DNA from: a virus | Strand: one strand, 5' to 3' | IMG/VR virus record: IMGVR_UViG_3300036859_000973 | Location: 1 to 64,000 of that record | DNA: 64,000 bases | Shown: positions 1 to 8,807 of the stretch, one piece after another | Position numbering within the stretch: position 1 is the stretch's first letter | How the letters are laid out: every line of letters begins with the position of its first letter | Notes under the pieces: model-generated | What the model was told of the DNA's origin: nothing | Database searches by the model: none | The model's input: the letters and a program-made list of their open reading frames with translations, nothing else | Translations under genes and position numbers: made by a program

Positions 1-107
1 CGGCGCATCTTCATGCAGGGGGCGTACTATGTACGTCGCTATCAACCCATCGTCGCCGTTTCGGATGGAGCGCGGCGGGCGGGCGATTCCGCCACCCTTA
101 TCGGCTC

Positions 108-398
108 CGCACGTCCATGGAGTCGCGCGAGGGACGTCTCAGGGTTCACCGGACGCCCCTCGCGCAGCCTCCCGCGTCCCGGTCCTGGGCAAGGTCCCGG
201 GGCGCCGTCGGCCGGGAATCTGGGCCACACTCTTGTTCCCGGCCGTGCGAGTCTCCGTGTCGGAGCACTCAAGCCATGAGGTGCGCATCGCCCGACAGCG
301 CCCGTGGCTGGTCGGCCGGCAGCCTACAGCCACGGGCGCATTTTCTGGCACCGGGGCTCAAGAAAAGGAGCGGGCCGCCGGTGATGATCCCGGCGGCC
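108..398. ncRNA. Candidate structured RNA / hairpin-dense non-coding region
   Basis: Stems at 125-133/157-165, 174-182/196-204, 209-218/236-245 (10 bp perfect), 249-270, 298-310/327-339 (13 bp perfect) and 373-381/390-398. 108-120 can pair imperfectly with 274-285. No convincing ORF. Confidence 0.4.
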
Positions 399-413
399 TC
401 TTCGAGGAAGCGT

Positions 414-671
414 TCAGCCCAGGATCGCGCGCAGGGTCTCCACGATCTTGATGCGGCCAGTCGTGCTGACCTTGATGTCCACGGTCGTGCCGCCCACGTT
501 GACCGTGGGGGAGGCAGTCAGGCCGTGGGCCGCCAGGACGCTGGCGGCCGCGAGGGTGGCCGCGCGCACTGCGCGCCGCTCCAACGCGAGGGCTTGCTCG
601 GGGGTGAGGTCCACGCCGCCGAGTTCCGCGGTGCCCGCCATGCTGCCGGAGAGGCTGATGCTGAAGGTCAT
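414..671 (-). CDS. Hypothetical protein
   Basis: Protein-like ORF (MTFSISLSGS...) co-directional with the upstream hydrolase gene; start uncertain. Confidence 0.5.
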   Translation of the reverse strand: MTFSISLSGSMAGTAELGGVDLTPEQALALERRAVRAATLAAASVLAAHGLTASPTVNVGGTTVDIKVSTTGRIKIVETLRAILG

Positions 672-733
672 GCGATCGTCACCCATGCGCCATGCAATCA
701 GCTTTTCGGTTTCACGGCGGGGGGTTCGTCCGC

Positions 734-2035
734 CTACGCGCAGCGCGGCAACACCCGGAACGGGTGGTCGGTCGGTTCGTCCCGCCACGTCCCGTTGGGC
801 AAGCGAACCGCCACATACGCCGTCCAATCCCCGAGGGGGTCGCCGTCGGTGAGCGGGCGCGCGAGCCGGATCTCCTTGGGCACGTTGGCCTTCAGGGCCA
901 CGCTCACGACGGAGCCGATGTCCAGGTAGGGGCCGCCGGTGCGGCTCGCGCCGGGCGGCCGGGCCGCGAGGACGACCTTCGGGAGCACCACGTCCTGGGT
1001 GGCGAACAGCGTGACGGTCCCGCACGCCACGCCGTTGCCGATCTCGTAGGCCGGCGCGTGCATCCGCGCCGCCATGGACATGTTGAGCGTGGGCAGGCCG
1101 GCCAGCGCGAAGAACTCGTCGTAACCGCGCTTCTTCGTCGTGCCGTTGCTGTGGAGGATGCCAAAAGACCGCTCAGCGAAGCCGTAGTAGTTGTACGTCC
1201 CCGTGTTGGGGTCGTCCACCAGCGCGCGGTACAGCAACGCCTCGATGCCCGCCGCTTCCATCTTCCCGAGGTACATCGCCGCGTTGCGGAACGCGGTCTC
1301 CTGGTCGCCCTCCAGGGCGGTGCCGTCACCGCCGCCGAACGGGTGGGTCGCCGCGAAGTTCCCGCCGTAGGTGCTCACGCCGAAGTCCGTGATGAGGGCT
1401 GTCTTCGCTGCCAGGCTCGCCGCCGCGGCCCGCATCGCCTTGATGGCCGCCTCGAACAGGGGCGCGGGGTTGCGGACCACGTCGATCGACATGCCCCGGA
1501 CGACGCTGAACAATCCCTGGGTGGCGAGGACGTCGCTGCCCTCGAAGGCGCGCAGGTGGAAGCGCGCGAGGTCCGTGAGGTTGCCCCAGTTCCCCGGTGC
1601 ACAGACGATGCGGCAGCCCGGGCAGTTGTCGCGCAGCACCTTGGCCACGCTCAGGTAGTAGTCGGACCACCCGGACCAACCACTGATGCCGCCCTTGTTC
1701 CATTCGGTCTCGACGATAAAATAAGGCTTCAGCCCGCGCGCCTTGGCGCGCAGCGCGCACTGGCGCGCAAGCTCCAGGGCCTTGGCCTTCGTCTTCAACT
1801 CGCCGCCGTAGCCGGTGACGCCGTTCTCGATGGCGCCTTCGCCGATCTGGTCGCCGAACTCCCAGATCTGGATGGCGGGCACGAAGCCCTCGCCCGCGCA
1901 TCGGTCGAGGAACACGTCGTAGCCGCCGTAGCCGCTCTCCTCGATCCAGGAGCCCATCCAATAGACCGGTGGGCCGTGCTGGCGGCCGAGAGCCTTGACG
2001 ACGCTGACGACGGCGATCGGCCCGCCCATCTTCAT
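734..2035 (-). CDS. Putative glycoside hydrolase (clan GH-A-like TIM barrel) with C-terminal beta domain
   Basis: Aromatic-rich; IVETEWN (acid/base-like) and LITDFGV (nucleophile position, D rather than E); ATG at 2035 overlaps the upstream stop. Confidence 0.5.
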   Translation of the reverse strand: MKMGGPIAVVSVVKALGRQHGPPVYWMGSWIEESGYGGYDVFLDRCAGEGFVPAIQIWEFGDQIGEGAIENGVTGYGGELKTKAKALELARQCALRAKARGLKPYFIVETEWNKGGISGWSGWSDYYLSVAKVLRDNCPGCRIVCAPGNWGNLTDLARFHLRAFEGSDVLATQGLFSVVRGMSIDVVRNPAPLFEAAIKAMRAAAASLAAKTALITDFGVSTYGGNFAATHPFGGGDGTALEGDQETAFRNAAMYLGKMEAAGIEALLYRALVDDPNTGTYNYYGFAERSFGILHSNGTTKKRGYDEFFALAGLPTLNMSMAARMHAPAYEIGNGVACGTVTLFATQDVVLPKVVLAARPPGASRTGGPYLDIGSVVSVALKANVPKEIRLARPLTDGDPLGDWTAYVAVRLPNGTWRDEPTDHPFRVLPRCA

Positions 2036-2172
2036 GCGTCGGTCTCCTCGTACTCGGGGAAGCCGTCGTCGGCGCGGAGCTTCTTGAGCTTCAGCTTCTT
2101 CCCACGCTCCTTCAGCTTCTTGTGCTCGCTCGGGTGCATGATCCGGTAATGGGCGTCGGCCTCGTCGGTCAT
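2032..2172 (-). CDS. Small Lys-rich hypothetical protein (46 aa)
   Basis: MTDEADAHYRIMHPSEHKKLKERGKKLKLKK...; ATGA overlap with the next gene. Confidence 0.5.
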   Translation of the reverse strand: MTDEADAHYRIMHPSEHKKLKERGKKLKLKKLRADDGFPEYEETDA

Positions 2173-2216
2173 CTCCGTCCTGGAAGCACCAGCGGACGCT
2201 TGACGGTTCCGGAACT

Positions 2217-2402
2217 GTGCTTTGCACGAAAAACTTCAAGCATCGTGAGATCAACGCTCGCCTCATGGCAGCCATCGTCGCGACCGTGCTCTGCCTCATC
2301 GCCGCCGCCATGGCAGTGGTGGACCACGCGCCAACGAGGAGCGGCTGGCCGCTCGGGCTGCTTGCCGCGGGCGTGGCGATGCTCGCGATCGGCGCGCCGT
2401 AG
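2217..2402 (+). CDS. Small two-TM membrane protein
   Basis: Two hydrophobic stretches; start uncertain. Confidence 0.45.
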   Translation: MLCTKNFKHREINARLMAAIVATVLCLIAAAMAVVDHAPTRSGWPLGLLAAGVAMLAIGAP

Positions 2403-2412
2403 GTGGGGGACC

Positions 2413-2808
2413 ATGAAGACCTGGATCGTGCTCGGAACGGCTGTGCTCCTGATGGCCGGCTGCGTGTCGCGGGTGCAGAGCGACCTCGGCATCGGCGTCG
2501 ATCCGCGTGCGGACCGCTGGGAGGACACGATCAATCCCATCGAGGCCGCGACCGGCGTCAACCACTCGCTGACGTTCCAGAACGAGACGGCGCTCAACGT
2601 CACGCTGACGTTCGATGGTGGCGGCTCGATGCGTTTCGAGCTTTTCAACGGGAGCGGCGGGCTCGCCGCCGCCAGCGAGGGCGCCACGCCCGTCACGCTG
2701 CACGTCGATGTCGTGCAACCGGGGACGTACAACGCGCGCGTCAGCGCGCAGGACATCGCCGTGCAGCGGACCTTCGTCGCGACTGCCGAGTGGACAGTGC
2801 GAACCTAG
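2413..2808 (+). CDS. Lipoprotein (beta-sandwich, PPC-like)
   Basis: Signal peptide with lipobox MKTWIVLGTAVLLMAGC; purine-rich RBS upstream. Confidence 0.7.
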   Translation: MKTWIVLGTAVLLMAGCVSRVQSDLGIGVDPRADRWEDTINPIEAATGVNHSLTFQNETALNVTLTFDGGGSMRFELFNGSGGLAAASEGATPVTLHVDVVQPGTYNARVSAQDIAVQRTFVATAEWTVRT

Positions 2809-2859
2809 AGCACGATCCCAACCGGATGTCTCAAGTCCCCTTCACCCCCATCGGTAGCC

Positions 2860-3270
2860 GTGGGGCGCCCGTTGTACCCACGCTGCCGGAACGGGCACGC
2901 GCTCTCGCCAGCCAATTCCATCCACTACCTCTACCGGGGTCGCTGGCGGCGCAAGTGCCGCCGGTGCCACAACCTCGTGAACAAGATCCGCGCGCGCGCG
3001 TACCGTCGCCGCCGCGCGCTCGAAGCCGGACGACTGCCCGCGGCGTCCCACAACCATGTGAGCAAGCACCAGGATGGTGTGCTGGTTGCACGGTTGCTTG
3101 AGGCGGGCGCCGTCGTGCAGTTCACGAGCGACCGCTCGGGACGCATCTACCTCGGCAAGCAACTCTCCGGCCGGCGCGTCAAGGTCATGTTGGTCAGGGT
3201 CCGTCGCCGGCTCCGCAACGGGACCGCGGGATCTCCGCTGCGCTTCGCCAGGCGGATCGAGCGCGAATGA
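2860..3270 (+). CDS. Zn-finger plus AbrB-like DNA-binding protein
   Basis: CRNGH...CRRC phage-type Zn finger; C-terminal SDRSGRIYLGKQLSGRRVKV resembles the swapped-hairpin AbrB/DUF2080 pattern. Confidence 0.5.
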   Translation: MGRPLYPRCRNGHALSPANSIHYLYRGRWRRKCRRCHNLVNKIRARAYRRRRALEAGRLPAASHNHVSKHQDGVLVARLLEAGAVVQFTSDRSGRIYLGKQLSGRRVKVMLVRVRRRLRNGTAGSPLRFARRIERE

Positions 3271-3312
3271 TATATACGACCTTGGACATAGCGGGCCCCA
3301 GGAGGTGACTCC

Positions 3313-3429
3313 ATGCGTCCGGGATCCTCGGCAGGCCACGCGGCCAACGTCTTCAAGCAGGGCATCCCGGACACCCCCGAAGATCTCGGGCGGCCCGTGG
3401 GGCGCGACCTCCTGTTCCCACGAACATGA
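3313..3429 (+). CDS. Small ORF (38 aa)
   Basis: TATATA at 3271 and GGAGGTGA RBS at 3301 precede the ATG. Confidence 0.4.
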   Translation: MRPGSSAGHAANVFKQGIPDTPEDLGRPVGRDLLFPRT

Positions 3430-3687
3430 GGCGCCGCTCGCGCCCCGTGTCCGCTCATGGCCTCGCGGGAGCGGCGCCCGCGTCTCGTCCGGTTTCGATG
3501 GGTCCAAGAATGTCCAAGATGATAGAATGTCACAAAAGAGCGAAACCATGAACAAGATCCCGCTCGTCGAGATCTGCACCGTGTCCGACTGCTCCGACTG
3601 CCTCGCGCGCGTGCGCTTCGCCATCCTCAAGTTGGCGTACATCGAGGCCGCACGGTCGCTGTCCTCGTCACAGCAGCGCCGCCTCTA

Positions 3688-4143
3688 CTAGAGGAAGCGC
3701 TGCGGCGTGGTCTGCTCCAGCCAGATCTGGAAATCCGCCCAGAGCCATGCTGGTGTCTCGCGCCAGCGCAGGAGCCGCGTGAAGGCGCCGATCCCGAACC
3801 GCGCCACGAAGATCGCGTGGAGGATCGCCGCACCGGGCGTCTCGGGGTGGTCGTCGTGGCCGACACAATGATCGTACTCGTGGGATAGAAGTAGCGCCTC
3901 GGCCCGGCCCTCAAGGCCCTCGCCGCCGGTGCGCACCTCCTCGAAGTAGTGCCGCGCCGCAGCCCACACGCCGCTCGTCGTGACGATCACGTCGTCGGAG
4001 TCCGGCACGCCATCCTGGTCGGGGCGCGAGTACGCTCCCGGCGCCGTCTCCGGGATCTGGTGATACCACGCTGACACGTCCTGCCCGGACAGGTGGGTCT
4101 GCCACTTCCTGTCCTCGACGAGCTTCAGGAGAGGTCCCGTCAT
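3688..4143 (-). CDS. Small zincin-like metalloprotease
   Basis: HEYDHCVGHDDH (HExxHxxGxxxH). Confidence 0.55.
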   Translation of the reverse strand: MTGPLLKLVEDRKWQTHLSGQDVSAWYHQIPETAPGAYSRPDQDGVPDSDDVIVTTSGVWAAARHYFEEVRTGGEGLEGRAEALLLSHEYDHCVGHDDHPETPGAAILHAIFVARFGIGAFTRLLRWRETPAWLWADFQIWLEQTTPQRFL

Positions 4144-4376
4144 GCCGACACGCCCAACCAGTGCCGCCAGATGCGGCTCACGGCCCCCGCGGCGCCGCGG
4201 TAGGCCACGAGGTCCTTGTCGCTCCACGACGCGAGCACCGCGCTGCGGAGCTTCATCATTCCCGCGACGTATCCCTCCATCCGCGCAGCCTCGATCCCGA
4301 GGAAGTCGTTGTGGCTCGCCATCATCCTCTCCACGGTCTCGGCCTCCAGATGGACCTCGCAACCCGGGCAGCGCAT
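4140..4376 (-). CDS. Hypothetical protein with N-terminal CxxC
   Basis: ORF overlapping the zincin start codon. Confidence 0.5.
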   Translation of the reverse strand: MRCPGCEVHLEAETVERMMASHNDFLGIEAARMEGYVAGMMKLRSAVLASWSDKDLVAYRGAAGAVSRIWRHWLGVSA

Positions 4377-4644
4377 CAGATCACCGGCATCAGTCCGTTA
4401 CGTTCCGCGCACCGGATGGCCGCCATGAACCCGAGGTGGGCCCGTGGACAACCGGGGTGCGACACTTCGCCCATCTACGCGCCGCTCTTGTGGACGGCGC
4501 CCGCCCTTCAAGACCTCTGCGATTCTGACGCAGCCACGGCGGCCCGGAAGGCAACGCCCTCCTTCTTCTCGTTCGCGCAGCCGGCCCGCGTGCACCCGCA
4601 GTAGCAGCACCACTGGGCACCGCATCGGAAGCAGCGGGGGCGCC

Positions 4645-5007
4645 TCATGCACGTCGCGACTCAAGCTCGGTCAAGACGCGGAGCAGCGCCTCGCCGAACT
4701 CCTGCGCTCGCCACGCGCTGCTGAGCGGGGGAGGGAAGGGTGTCCCGACCTCGGCTTGTGCGAGGGCTTCCGCGCCGCTGCGGACCAGCCGCAGATCGTC
4801 GTCGAGGGTCATGGTAGCAACCTTTATCGTTCCGCCCGCGATGGGCGCCCGCCCGACTCGAACGGGCTGCACGCAAACCTCCACGACCTTCCTCTGGGGG
4901 AGGGAGAGACGAGACGGAGGCCTTCTGTGGGGGCGCCTGTGGAGGGCACCTCCCGGTCGCGGCAAGAACGTGGTGGTTTTGAATCGGCCCGCCGCCGCGA
5001 TGGACAT
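4645..5007 (-). CDS. Hypothetical protein
   Basis: ATG lies downstream of an AT-rich element (5046-5054) and an operator-like motif. Confidence 0.4.
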   Translation of the reverse strand: MSIAAAGRFKTTTFLPRPGGALHRRPHRRPPSRLSLPQRKVVEVCVQPVRVGRAPIAGGTIKVATMTLDDDLRLVRSGAEALAQAEVGTPFPPPLSSAWRAQEFGEALLRVLTELESRRA

Positions 5008-5094
5008 TGTTGGACAATGTATGGTCCGTTTTCCCGCTTCGGGAAGATATATGTTCCCTTCCGCCCCTCGGCGGCGACGGCTGGAGGCATCTCA

Positions 5095-5436
5095 TTGATC
5101 CGCAACCTGATCCTGGCCATGCTGGTGCTTGCCGCGCTGACCGTCGTTGCCGCGCCCGCCGGCGCGACGTGCGTGGACGTGAACCAGGACGAGTGCACGT
5201 TCTACGCTAGCTTCGAGTGGTGCGCTCCGGACACGAGCGACCCCGGCACCGGCGTCATCGTGGGCAACCTCCCGGGCGCCTGCATCCCGTACAGCTTGCC
5301 CGCGACGCAGACGTGCATCGACATCCTGAGCCGACCCTGCGTCATCGGCGCGTCCTATCCGAACGGCGAGTGCTCCCACGGTCAGGGCATCCTCGTGGTC
5401 CTCGCGGGGGTCGAGGCCGTATGCGTTCGGAAGTGA
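5095..5436 (+). CDS. Secreted Cys-rich small protein
   Basis: GGAGG then TTG start; signal peptide ending AAPAGA; 8 Cys in the mature part. Confidence 0.6.
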   Translation: MIRNLILAMLVLAALTVVAAPAGATCVDVNQDECTFYASFEWCAPDTSDPGTGVIVGNLPGACIPYSLPATQTCIDILSRPCVIGASYPNGECSHGQGILVVLAGVEAVCVRK

Positions 5437-5936
5437 TCCTCGCGCTGGGCGTGCTGCTCGCGGGCTGCACGGCGCCCGCCGCGCCCGCGGACTGCACCGG
5501 GCCGCCGCGCTGCCAGGCGCCCGGGCTCGGCGGGGAAAACGTCCCAGAAAGCGCAGATGGAGCAAACGGGGAAAACGTGGCAGAAATCCAAGGTTCCGGA
5601 ACGGTCCCCCGCGGCGATGCGTGGAACGGCACGATCTATGTCCAGGCTGCCGATGCCGTGGGCGTGGCCGACGACCCCCACGTCCTCCACGTCGCGACGC
5701 CGGCCATCGTGCTGCTGATCGTAGAGGACGCCCCGGGCGGCCCCTTCAACGGCCCTCTGCGCGTCAGCGTGCGGAACGGGTCAACCACGGCGATCGACGT
5801 GACGGACGAGCCGCCGATCATCGCCCCCGTCGTGGTTGCCGCTGGCGACTGGTCGGTGTACGTCCAGTCGGTGGGCACGTTCGCGCTCGACCGGCGCTTC
5901 GACGCTACAGCTTCGTGGTCTGAGACACCGGCTTGA
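5421..5936 (+). CDS. Lipoprotein (beta-sandwich), probable paralogue of 2413-2808
   Basis: Lipobox LGVLLAGC; C-terminus GDWSVYVQS...RRFDATASW resembles GTYNARVSA...RTFVATAEW. Confidence 0.7.
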   Translation: MRSEVILALGVLLAGCTAPAAPADCTGPPRCQAPGLGGENVPESADGANGENVAEIQGSGTVPRGDAWNGTIYVQAADAVGVADDPHVLHVATPAIVLLIVEDAPGGPFNGPLRVSVRNGSTTAIDVTDEPPIIAPVVVAAGDWSVYVQSVGTFALDRRFDATASWSETPA

Positions 5937-6165
5937 CGTCCACGATCTGCGTCCCGGCGGTGCCGCCCGTGCCGGCCGACAAGCTCGACGATGCGCTTGT
6001 CGATGCCTCCTCGATGACGCGCCGCCGTTCCCAGAACAGCGTGAAGCCGGCGTTCGGATGGTGCGTCGCCGTCACGAGCCGCCAGCCCGCGAGGGCGCGG
6101 ACCTTGAGGGTGCTCTGGAGGAGCGACATGCTCGGCACGGAGTCGAGCGCGTATTCCCAGGTCAT
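5905..6165 (-). CDS. Hypothetical protein
   Basis: MTWEY...GWRLV pattern of small DUF4177-like proteins. Confidence 0.45.
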   Translation of the reverse strand: MTWEYALDSVPSMSLLQSTLKVRALAGWRLVTATHHPNAGFTLFWERRRVIEEASTSASSSLSAGTGGTAGTQIVDVKPVSQTTKL

Positions 6166-6166
6166 C

Positions 6167-6361
6167 TCATAGCCTCCCGATGCCCAGGTGTTCGCGCAGC
6201 CGCGTGCCGATGCGGATGGACTTGCGCGCAGTCGCCTTCCTGCTGAGCTTCTGCCGGTAGCCTGGACACGTTCCGCCCCCGATCGGAAGGCGCTCCCCCA
6301 TCGTATAATGCGCCTCCCGGCTCAGGCCGCACTGGCAGATCTCGTTCACAGGGCCGCCCAT
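6167..6361 (-). CDS. Small Cys/His Zn-binding protein
   Basis: CQCGLSREAH...C. Confidence 0.45.
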   Translation of the reverse strand: MGGPVNEICQCGLSREAHYTMGERLPIGGGTCPGYRQKLSRKATARKSIRIGTRLREHLGIGRL

Positions 6362-6396
6362 ACTTCGTATGTGACACGGGGCATAAGTCTGCCGTA

Positions 6397-8223
6397 GTGG
6401 ACGCACTTGAAAAGTTAGAAGCCCGCGGACCGCGTTGCGGCCCTCCGGTGGCCTCCAAGCGCATCGCCCTCGGCAAGGGTGTCAACCTCGACCTCTCCAG
6501 GCTGGCCCACATGCTCATCACGAGTAGCACCGGCGGCGGCAAGAGCAACACCGACCGCGTGCTCCTGGAGCGCTCGAACACGGTCATCCCGCAGTTCATC
6601 CTCGACTGGGAGGACGAGTTCGTCACCCTCCGCGAGGTCGGCGACTACGTCATCGTCGGGCCGGGCCGCGACATCGACGTCCCGCCCGAGGCCGCGTCCG
6701 AGTTCATCCGGAAGTTCGCCGAGGAGCCGTTCAACGTCATCGTGGCGCTCCACGAGATGCCGCTCGCCGCCAAGCACCGGTGGGCCCTCAACGCCCTCCA
6801 AGCCTTCCTCGACCTGCCCCGCGAACTCCAGAACGACGTCCTCATCGTCGTCAGCGAGGCCCACCACCTGGCGCCGGAGCAGGAGAAGCGCTCCACGCCG
6901 TCCCCGGCGAAGGCCGTCCTCGCGGACCTGGCGTCGCGCGGCCGCAAGCGCGGCCAGAAGCTCGTCCTCGACACGCAGCGCCTCGCGAAGCTCGACAAGG
7001 ACATCGCCGCCGAGTGCCAGACCAAGCTCATCGGCGTGATGAACCTCGACGACGACCGCTCCCGCGGGGCCCGTGAGCTTGGCGCGAAGGGCAACCGCGA
7101 GGTCGAGCGCCACATCCAGGACTTCGAGCCCGGCAGCTTCTACGCCCTCGGCCCAGGCTTCGGCCTGAAGCGCCCCAACCCCATCCGCATCGACCTCGCC
7201 GTCACCAAGGACCCGCCGCGTGGTCGCGCCTATCGCCCGCCGGCGCCGCGCGCCACCGCCCTCAAGGCCATCGAGGGCCTCAAGGACCTTCCGCGGCAGG
7301 CCACCGAACGCGCCCGCACCCTGGAGCAGGCCAACGCCGAGATCCGCACCCTCAAGCGCGACCTGAAGCTCTCGCGCGCGGGCACGCCCAAGCAGCCCAT
7401 CGCCCCGGACCCGGCGCTCGCGAAGAAGGTCGCCCACCTCCAACGCGAACTCGATGCCAAGCCCAAGGAACGCCCCATCCTCCGCGATCGCCAACTCGCG
7501 CGCCTCGAAGCCTACGAGAAGCGCGTCGAGAAGATCGCCGACAAGCTCGAAGCCGCTCTCGCGGCCGCGCGCGCGCAGGCCGGCGAGGTTTCTGCGGCGA
7601 TGCGCATCGCATCACAGCGCAGCGACGCGACGCGCATCGCATCGCCGCCGCCACCACCGCCACGCAACGTCGCCATCCGGACCGTGCCGAAGATCGCGAC
7701 GCCGGCGGTCGCGCGCATCGACGACGAGGTCGTCACCGCCAACGGCAACCTCGGCAAGGGCGAGCGCGCGATTCTCCAAGCCATCGCGCAGCACGAGTCA
7801 GGCGCCGACCGCGAGCAGATCAGCGTGCTCGCCGGCTATCGGAGATCGACGCGGAACACATACCTCCAGAGATTGCAGTCGTGGGGCTACATCGAGCCCG
7901 CGCCCGGCGACACCTTCGTCGCCACCATCCAGGGCATCGAAGCCCTCGGTGACGGCTTCCAGCCGCTCCCGACCGGCAGCGCGCTCCGGGACTACTGGAT
8001 GCGGAAGCTCCCCGAGGGCGAGCGCATCATCCTGGAGGCGCTCATCAAGGCCTGGCCCACCATCATGCCGCGTGAGGAACTCGACGTCCGCATCGGCGGC
8101 GCGTACAAGAGATCCTCGCGGAACACTTATCTTCAAAGGCTCTCGGCGCGGCACCTCGTCACCACGCAGGGCGACTTGGTCAAGGCGAGCGACAACCTCT
8201 TCGACAGCGAGGACAGCGCATGA
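6397..8223 (+). CDS. HerA/FtsK-family ATPase (DUF87-like) with coiled coil and tandem C-terminal wHTH repeats
   Basis: Walker A SSTGGGKS, Walker B variant IVVSEAH, RGRKRG arginine finger, DTQR; duplicated GER.IL...Y.RS.RNTYLQRL. Start may be GTG at 6448. Confidence 0.85.
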   Translation: MDALEKLEARGPRCGPPVASKRIALGKGVNLDLSRLAHMLITSSTGGGKSNTDRVLLERSNTVIPQFILDWEDEFVTLREVGDYVIVGPGRDIDVPPEAASEFIRKFAEEPFNVIVALHEMPLAAKHRWALNALQAFLDLPRELQNDVLIVVSEAHHLAPEQEKRSTPSPAKAVLADLASRGRKRGQKLVLDTQRLAKLDKDIAAECQTKLIGVMNLDDDRSRGARELGAKGNREVERHIQDFEPGSFYALGPGFGLKRPNPIRIDLAVTKDPPRGRAYRPPAPRATALKAIEGLKDLPRQATERARTLEQANAEIRTLKRDLKLSRAGTPKQPIAPDPALAKKVAHLQRELDAKPKERPILRDRQLARLEAYEKRVEKIADKLEAALAAARAQAGEVSAAMRIASQRSDATRIASPPPPPPRNVAIRTVPKIATPAVARIDDEVVTANGNLGKGERAILQAIAQHESGADREQISVLAGYRRSTRNTYLQRLQSWGYIEPAPGDTFVATIQGIEALGDGFQPLPTGSALRDYWMRKLPEGERIILEALIKAWPTIMPREELDVRIGGAYKRSSRNTYLQRLSARHLVTTQGDLVKASDNLFDSEDSA

Positions 8224-8429
8224 CGGCCCAACCGCTCAGCGTCACCTATCGCGTCATCGACGACGGCGCGTATGCCCCCTACGGGAGGTACGCCGTCATC
8301 CGCAGGACGCGCCACAAGAACGGAGCCACCGAGGAGGATCTCGGCATGTTCCCGTCGCGCCGCATGGCCCTCTTCTTCCGCCGCCAGCTTGAGGACCACA
8401 CCGACCACCGCGGGAAGCTGCGGACATGA
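8220..8429 (+). CDS. Hypothetical protein
   Basis: ATGA coupling at both ends. Confidence 0.6.
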   Translation: MTAQPLSVTYRVIDDGAYAPYGRYAVIRRTRHKNGATEEDLGMFPSRRMALFFRRQLEDHTDHRGKLRT

Positions 8430-8713
8430 CCAGGCCGCGCCGCCTCGACAGCGACCACGTCGCCGCGCTGCTGAAGGCCGTCTCCATCGCCAGCACCGCC
8501 GCGCCGGACGGGTGGGCGCGCACGAGCGACGTGATGGATCAGTATCGCCACACCGAGATCGTCAGGGACGGTCGCCATCGTCCACCGAAGGGGCACCTCA
8601 CCGAGCGCGCCGCGCGCTACTACCTGGGCCTCATGATCGAGGAGGGCAAGATCGACGGCGAGGTGCGCAGCCTCGGCGCCGGCGGGCGCACGACGTACTG
8701 GCGCCCCGTATAA
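8426..8713 (+). CDS. Putative winged-helix DNA-binding protein
   Basis: LTERAARYYLGLMIEEGKI...GRTTYW wHTH pattern. Confidence 0.6.
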   Translation: MTRPRRLDSDHVAALLKAVSIASTAAPDGWARTSDVMDQYRHTEIVRDGRHRPPKGHLTERAARYYLGLMIEEGKIDGEVRSLGAGGRTTYWRPV

Positions 8714-8740
8714 GGCGAGATAAGGCTAGATAAGGCCGAG
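8710..8740 (+). repeat. Three 10-bp-period direct repeats (ATAAGGC core)
   Basis: ATAAGGCGAG ATAAGGCTAG ATAAGGCCGAG. Confidence 0.8.
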
Positions 8741-8778
8741 TGGTCCTGGCCCACGTCCGCACCGGAATACATATATCT

Positions 8779-8795
8779 CTTGGACAGTGTATGTA
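8779..8795 (+). promoter_or_regulatory. Operator-like motif CTTGGAC-AGT-GTATGTA downstream of a TATA-like element
   Basis: Related copies at 5009, 6357, 51827 and 56551. Confidence 0.65.
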
Positions 8796-8807
8796 GTCCG
8801 CGTGGGA

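Noticed and set aside
5531-5587. Short duplication CGGGGAAAACGT in a lipoprotein linker (also GCGCATCGCATC twice at ~7602-7647)
   Set aside because: In-frame micro-duplications in flexible linkers with no evidence of function.
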